A DNA stretch of 64,000 nucleotides. It comes from Paracoccaceae bacterium (GTDB lineage Bacteria; Pseudomonadota; Alphaproteobacteria; Rhodobacterales; Rhodobacteraceae). Under the pieces are notes generated by a model. It had not been told where the DNA came from. It made no database searches and was given only the letters and a program-made list of their open reading frames with translations. A program made the position numbers and the translations under genes. The stretch spans positions 816-64,815 of the forward strand of contig DALYSR010000005.1 of assembly GCA_031991825.1 (NCBI GenBank), read 5' to 3'. Shown here in pieces: positions 60,177-64,000 of the stretch (its first letter is position 1; every line of letters begins with the position of its first letter).

Positions 60177-61183
60177 CTGAGCAGCTTCGCCAAGCTGAGT
60201 TGAGATAGTCGTGATGTGACGGTATAAAGAATATCCAGATTTGTTTGTGCGGCTTGAATTTCTATCGCATTCCGCTCTGGGTCATTTTCGACCAATTGGG
60301 CTTGTATCTTTTCATATGCAAACAGAGCGTCGGTGTTTCTGGCCTGAGCTGTTTCTATGCGTTTCTCGGTTATGCCGATTTTTGCCCCGAGTGCGATAAT
60401 TTCACCTTGGGCCGCAGACATCGTTTCACCCGTCATTTGTGCCAATTTTGCTCGAGTTTCGTTGTTCATGCCCAAAATGGGGTCATTTATGAGGGAGGCG
60501 ATTGCAAAGCTGGCCAGAATGGATCGGAAGGCTTGGTCGTTGGCTGTGGGACCCGCCCACACACGATCAACTGCCGAAACGGCAATCTTGTTTTGTTCAG
60601 GGCCGCCCTGATACATGACTGCAGAGAAGCCGGAAGCTGCGTCAAACCAAGATTTGACAGATTGAAGAAGCGTATCTGGGTCGCTTATACCTGCAATTTC
60701 TTGTCTAAGGGCTGTCAGAAGAGTTGCCGCATCTTTCACTGCAGCATTACCGGTGTAGGCGCCGCCAAGTAAACTTCTGCCGCCAAAAGAAGTGTTTAAT
60801 AAAGCTAGGCTGTCTTCCAATCGTGTAGTCGCATCTTGGGAAAGGACGTAGAGCTTGCTGCCTTCGCCAGAAAGCGGTGCCGCCAAAAGCTGGGCCATAA
60901 GTCCTTGGCTAGAGTCGTTCAGTGAGCCAATAAGCTTCTGAAATGCATCTGATCTACTGGACGCATCATTGGCGGCAGATTGATAGCCGTTGGTCATTTC
61001 TCGCGCGCGCGAAGTGGATATCAATAAGCTATGGTCGCCATTAAGCTTTTTAGTGACATCACTGATACGAGAACTCGCCAGTTCCTCACTATTTTGAGAG
61101 ATAATTTTTTGCAGCCTTGCGGAGTGATGGCGCGTTAAAAACGACTGTGCCAAATCTCCAACGGAGAGCATTGCCATAATCAA
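60173..61183 (-). CDS. flgL: Flagellar hook-associated protein 3 (FlgL-like, flagellin-fold)
   Basis: 336 aa. Position between flgK and flgI. Coiled N- and C-terminal helices (…TNLDILYTVTSRLSQLSLAKLL). Low sequence complexity makes the family call mainly positional. Confidence 0.75.
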   Translation of the reverse strand: MIMAMLSVGDLAQSFLTRHHSARLQKIISQNSEELASSRISDVTKKLNGDHSLLISTSRAREMTNGYQSAANDASSRSDAFQKLIGSLNDSSQGLMAQLLAAPLSGEGSKLYVLSQDATTRLEDSLALLNTSFGGRSLLGGAYTGNAAVKDAATLLTALRQEIAGISDPDTLLQSVKSWFDAASGFSAVMYQGGPEQNKIAVSAVDRVWAGPTANDQAFRSILASFAIASLINDPILGMNNETRAKLAQMTGETMSAAQGEIIALGAKIGITEKRIETAQARNTDALFAYEKIQAQLVENDPERNAIEIQAAQTNLDILYTVTSRLSQLSLAKLLR

Positions 61184-62637
61184 ATCCCCAATATGACTGA
61201 CAGCATGTCATCAGCGGCTTTCAAAACTTTTGCATTGGCGGCATAGAGCTTCTCTAGGACAAGAAGGACTTGCATTTCGTCATCGGTATTGATGCCATCA
61301 GCTAAAAATTCTTGCTGAAGCATTGTGTGACGCGCCGCCGAGAAGCTTTGGCTTTGTTCAGCAGTTAGTCGTTTTGTCGCAGCGGCTGACATGAGTGTAT
61401 TAAGCAGGTCAGAAACGCTTCCCTCGCTTTGCCCAAAAGCCTGCGACGAAGGCCGACTTGATGCGCTTATGCTATCTGCTATTTTTGTGATGAGCTCTGC
61501 ATTGCCCAGGGGGCCGACAGTTGTCGCGCCTAAGCCATCCCGTAATTTATGGTAAGCGCCACCTTCTTCGGGCAGGACGGCGATATTGACCTTCAGCCTG
61601 CTAGCTAGCCCCGCTTCGTTTAAGGGATCGAATCCATTACCAGCATCTGTAAATAATCCAGCTGCGCCGATTGGGAGACTTGGGTCAAAACCTGTCGCGG
61701 ACATGCGGTCGATGATTTCACGAGCGAAGCCATCGATTTGCGCTTGGGATTGTGGAATTTCGACGTCACGGAGATTGAAGAGCGCAGATAACCTGCCTTC
61801 GCCCAATCGTCCGCCTGCTGGACCGGTGCTGACAAGCTTTCCATCGATAGAGAGCCCTGACAAAGCGCCCGATGTGATAGACATGTCGGCCGTAATAGAA
61901 GTTGTGGGCTGGAAATTGAGGATGGCTTCAGCGCCATCCACCAATTTCGTACCACCTGATGAGTAGAGCGTAAGTTGATTGTTGGCGCGAACCACTTCCC
62001 TCAATGGGATTATTTCTGAAAGTGTATCAAGGGCTTGTTGTCTTTGATCGAGCAAGGTCGATACGTCGCGATTGGTGGCAGTATAGTCTTGAATGAGGCG
62101 GTTCAACGTGGCGATGTTTTGCAAGGTGCTGTTCGCGATCGCCACATCTGCTGCGATCGCGGCATCCACTTGCTCCCGTTTGGCGTGCAGATTATCCGAG
62201 ATTTCATTGATACGCGTTGTCAGATTTTGTGCCGCTCCGACTGCTGCGGCGAGGCGGCTTTCCACATCAGGACGGGCAGCCGCTTCGATCAGGCTTCTTT
62301 CCAATTTCGCCAGATGGGCAGACAAGGAATTGCCTTCATCGGCAGTTCCCAGCAAAGACTCGAAAGCTTTTAGAAATTCTGTCCGACTTTGCTGGGCATT
62401 TAGCGTGGATGTGGTGTCTCGTAAACTACGGACAAGCATTGTATCGATGCGACGGCTGACGCTGTCGAGCTGAACGCCGCCACTAACGCTGCCCAAGACG
62501 GTCGAAGAAATCTGGGCTTCACGGCGGGCATAGCCGGGCGTCATCGCATTGGCGACATTGGACGCGGTAATTTCTGTCATTTTGGCAGTGACTGCCAAGC
62601 CGCTTGATGCCGTGTTCAGGGCGGATACAATGCTCAT
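61180..62637 (-). CDS. flgK: Flagellar hook-associated protein 1 FlgK
   Basis: MSIVSALNTASSGLAVTAKMTEITASNVANAMTPGYARRE rod/hook N-terminal motif. 485 aa. Confidence 0.92.
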   Translation of the reverse strand: MSIVSALNTASSGLAVTAKMTEITASNVANAMTPGYARREAQISSTVLGSVSGGVQLDSVSRRIDTMLVRSLRDTTSTLNAQQSRTEFLKAFESLLGTADEGNSLSAHLAKLERSLIEAAARPDVESRLAAAVGAAQNLTTRINEISDNLHAKREQVDAAIAADVAIANSTLQNIATLNRLIQDYTATNRDVSTLLDQRQQALDTLSEIIPLREVVRANNQLTLYSSGGTKLVDGAEAILNFQPTTSITADMSITSGALSGLSIDGKLVSTGPAGGRLGEGRLSALFNLRDVEIPQSQAQIDGFAREIIDRMSATGFDPSLPIGAAGLFTDAGNGFDPLNEAGLASRLKVNIAVLPEEGGAYHKLRDGLGATTVGPLGNAELITKIADSISASSRPSSQAFGQSEGSVSDLLNTLMSAAATKRLTAEQSQSFSAARHTMLQQEFLADGINTDDEMQVLLVLEKLYAANAKVLKAADDMLSVILGI

Positions 62638-62649
62638 AGCTCCAAATCC

Positions 62650-63966
62650 TTATCGTTTCATATTCGTGGTTTCTTGGAGCATCTCGTCGACAGTGGTGAT
62701 CACTTTCGCATTGGACGTATAGGCACGCTGCGTGGTGATCAGGGCAGTGAGTTCGGTGGCAACATCCGTGGCGGAACCCTCACGAGCATAGCCTTTGATC
62801 GCGCCTGTCGGTCCTTGGCCTGCATTCCATAAGAAGAAGGCCCCAGAATCTTTGGAAACTTGGAAAGTTTGGTTATCCAGAGCCGTGAGAGCGTTGAAGT
62901 TGGGAACATCCACCAGTGGAATCTGCGCCAAGCGACGGATGTAGCCTGTGTCATATGTGGCCATCAGATAGCCGTTATTATCAACTTCGACAGTTGTAAG
63001 GTTGCCGACCGGAGAGCCGTCCTTTGTAGAGTTTGGCGTGAAGGAGCGTGACAGTTGTGTAAGGCCAGTAGATTCACCGGGACGGCCGATACTGATGGTC
63101 ATGGGGCCGCCGCCGACATTCAGCGACAAGGTCCCCTCGACTGAGTCGTAGCTGCCGCCAGAGAGTGTGGTGACCGAAGACAGGGCGCCACCGACGCCCC
63201 GGGTGTCATCGAAAGTCAGGGCGTAGCTGCCAATCACCGCATTGCCTGAGGCGCTGTCACGAATTTCCATCCTCCAGCTATTCGAACTGCCGCTCACGCC
63301 CGCTGCGGGAATGGTTGGGGTGAAGCTGATGTCCAAGCGTTCCGAGCTTCCCAAGTTGCCGAAATATTCCACGGACATCGGGATCGTATTGCCGGATGCG
63401 GTGGAGATCGCTTCGGCGGACGGCAAGTTTACGGCCAAGCTCATTTTTGTAGTGGGGTCGCCGACAATCTGGCTGGCGGGAATGACGATCGGCTGCAAAC
63501 CGGCCATCGTATCACGCGGATAAGTGGGAATTTCCCCAGTAGAGGTGGCGGGCCATCCCATCAGTACGAGCCCGCTGTCGGTGGTCAAAATACCATCTGC
63601 ATTGACGCGGAAAGCACCGGTGCTGGTCATCAACATGGGCTGGGTATTGTACGACCCTTCGTTGATACGGGTAATTTGCATCACCGGCATCATGCCCCGA
63701 CCGGCAACGGCCAAATCCAAGGCGTTAGAAGTGCCCACCAAGGATCCGCGTTCGTCCACCAGTCGCTGTATCGAAGCTTTCACCCCGCCAGCGGAATAGC
63801 TTGCCGAACCTGACGCCCCGCTTAACACGAGGCTTTCGAATTCGGTTGCTGCGCGTTTATAGCCATAGGTCGAGGAGTTGGCGATATTGTCGGAAATCGT
63901 GGCCAAGCGTGTGGCATTGGCACTTAGTCCGGCAACGCCTGCACTGAGCGAGGAAGAAATACTCAT
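62650..63966 (-). CDS. flgE: Flagellar hook protein FlgE
   Basis: MSISSSLSAGVAGLSANATRLATISDNIANSSTYGYKR N-terminus and C-terminal LITTQRAYTSNAKVITTVDEMLQE. Confidence 0.93.
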   Translation of the reverse strand: MSISSSLSAGVAGLSANATRLATISDNIANSSTYGYKRAATEFESLVLSGASGSASYSAGGVKASIQRLVDERGSLVGTSNALDLAVAGRGMMPVMQITRINEGSYNTQPMLMTSTGAFRVNADGILTTDSGLVLMGWPATSTGEIPTYPRDTMAGLQPIVIPASQIVGDPTTKMSLAVNLPSAEAISTASGNTIPMSVEYFGNLGSSERLDISFTPTIPAAGVSGSSNSWRMEIRDSASGNAVIGSYALTFDDTRGVGGALSSVTTLSGGSYDSVEGTLSLNVGGGPMTISIGRPGESTGLTQLSRSFTPNSTKDGSPVGNLTTVEVDNNGYLMATYDTGYIRRLAQIPLVDVPNFNALTALDNQTFQVSKDSGAFFLWNAGQGPTGAIKGYAREGSATDVATELTALITTQRAYTSNAKVITTVDEMLQETTNMKR

Positions 63967-64000
63967 AAATACCGCCTTTCTGCTGTCGGCTCTTTCCAGC

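Overview
High-GC (roughly 60-65% by hand counts) alphaproteobacterial chromosome segment, probably Rhodobacterales. That placement is inferred from gene content: chvE-gguABC, DUF1674, DUF1244, a DUF3035 lipoprotein, a zinc-ribbon gene beside ftsEX, and RTX proteins. I call 58 protein-coding genes, nearly all core housekeeping: purH, lspA, mutL, dapB, rbfA, truB, rpsO, pnp, pheST, rpmI-rplT, pyk, accA, ftsEX-plsC, fadH and map. Other content is a LysR-controlled chvE-gguABC transporter fused to oxidative L-arabinose/D-galactose catabolic genes, and the edge of a flagellar cluster (flgE-flgK-flgL-flgI). I found no rRNA, tRNA, CRISPR array, transposase, integrase or recognisable defence or toxin-antitoxin module. 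I do not see a compelling multi-gene novel system and say so plainly. The items most worth a second look are: (1) a structured element of about 125 nt with GGAGG/CCUCC hairpin loops, promoter-like and terminator-like signals, inside an unusually long AT-rich gap upstream of accA; (2) a sharp GC drop at the map/flgI boundary, suggesting a compositionally foreign flagellar island; (3) the conserved rbfA-truB-rpsO-pnp array interrupted three times by genes for exported proteins, one of them an uncharacterised 367-aa protein next to a perfect 13-bp inverted repeat; (4) an exported clan GH-A-like protein of unknown specificity. The many long ORFs antisense to well-supported genes are high-GC artefacts. 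CDS ends include the stop codon, as in the ORF track. Several starts were moved inward to ATG/GTG codons with better Shine-Dalgarno (SD) context or family-typical N-termini.
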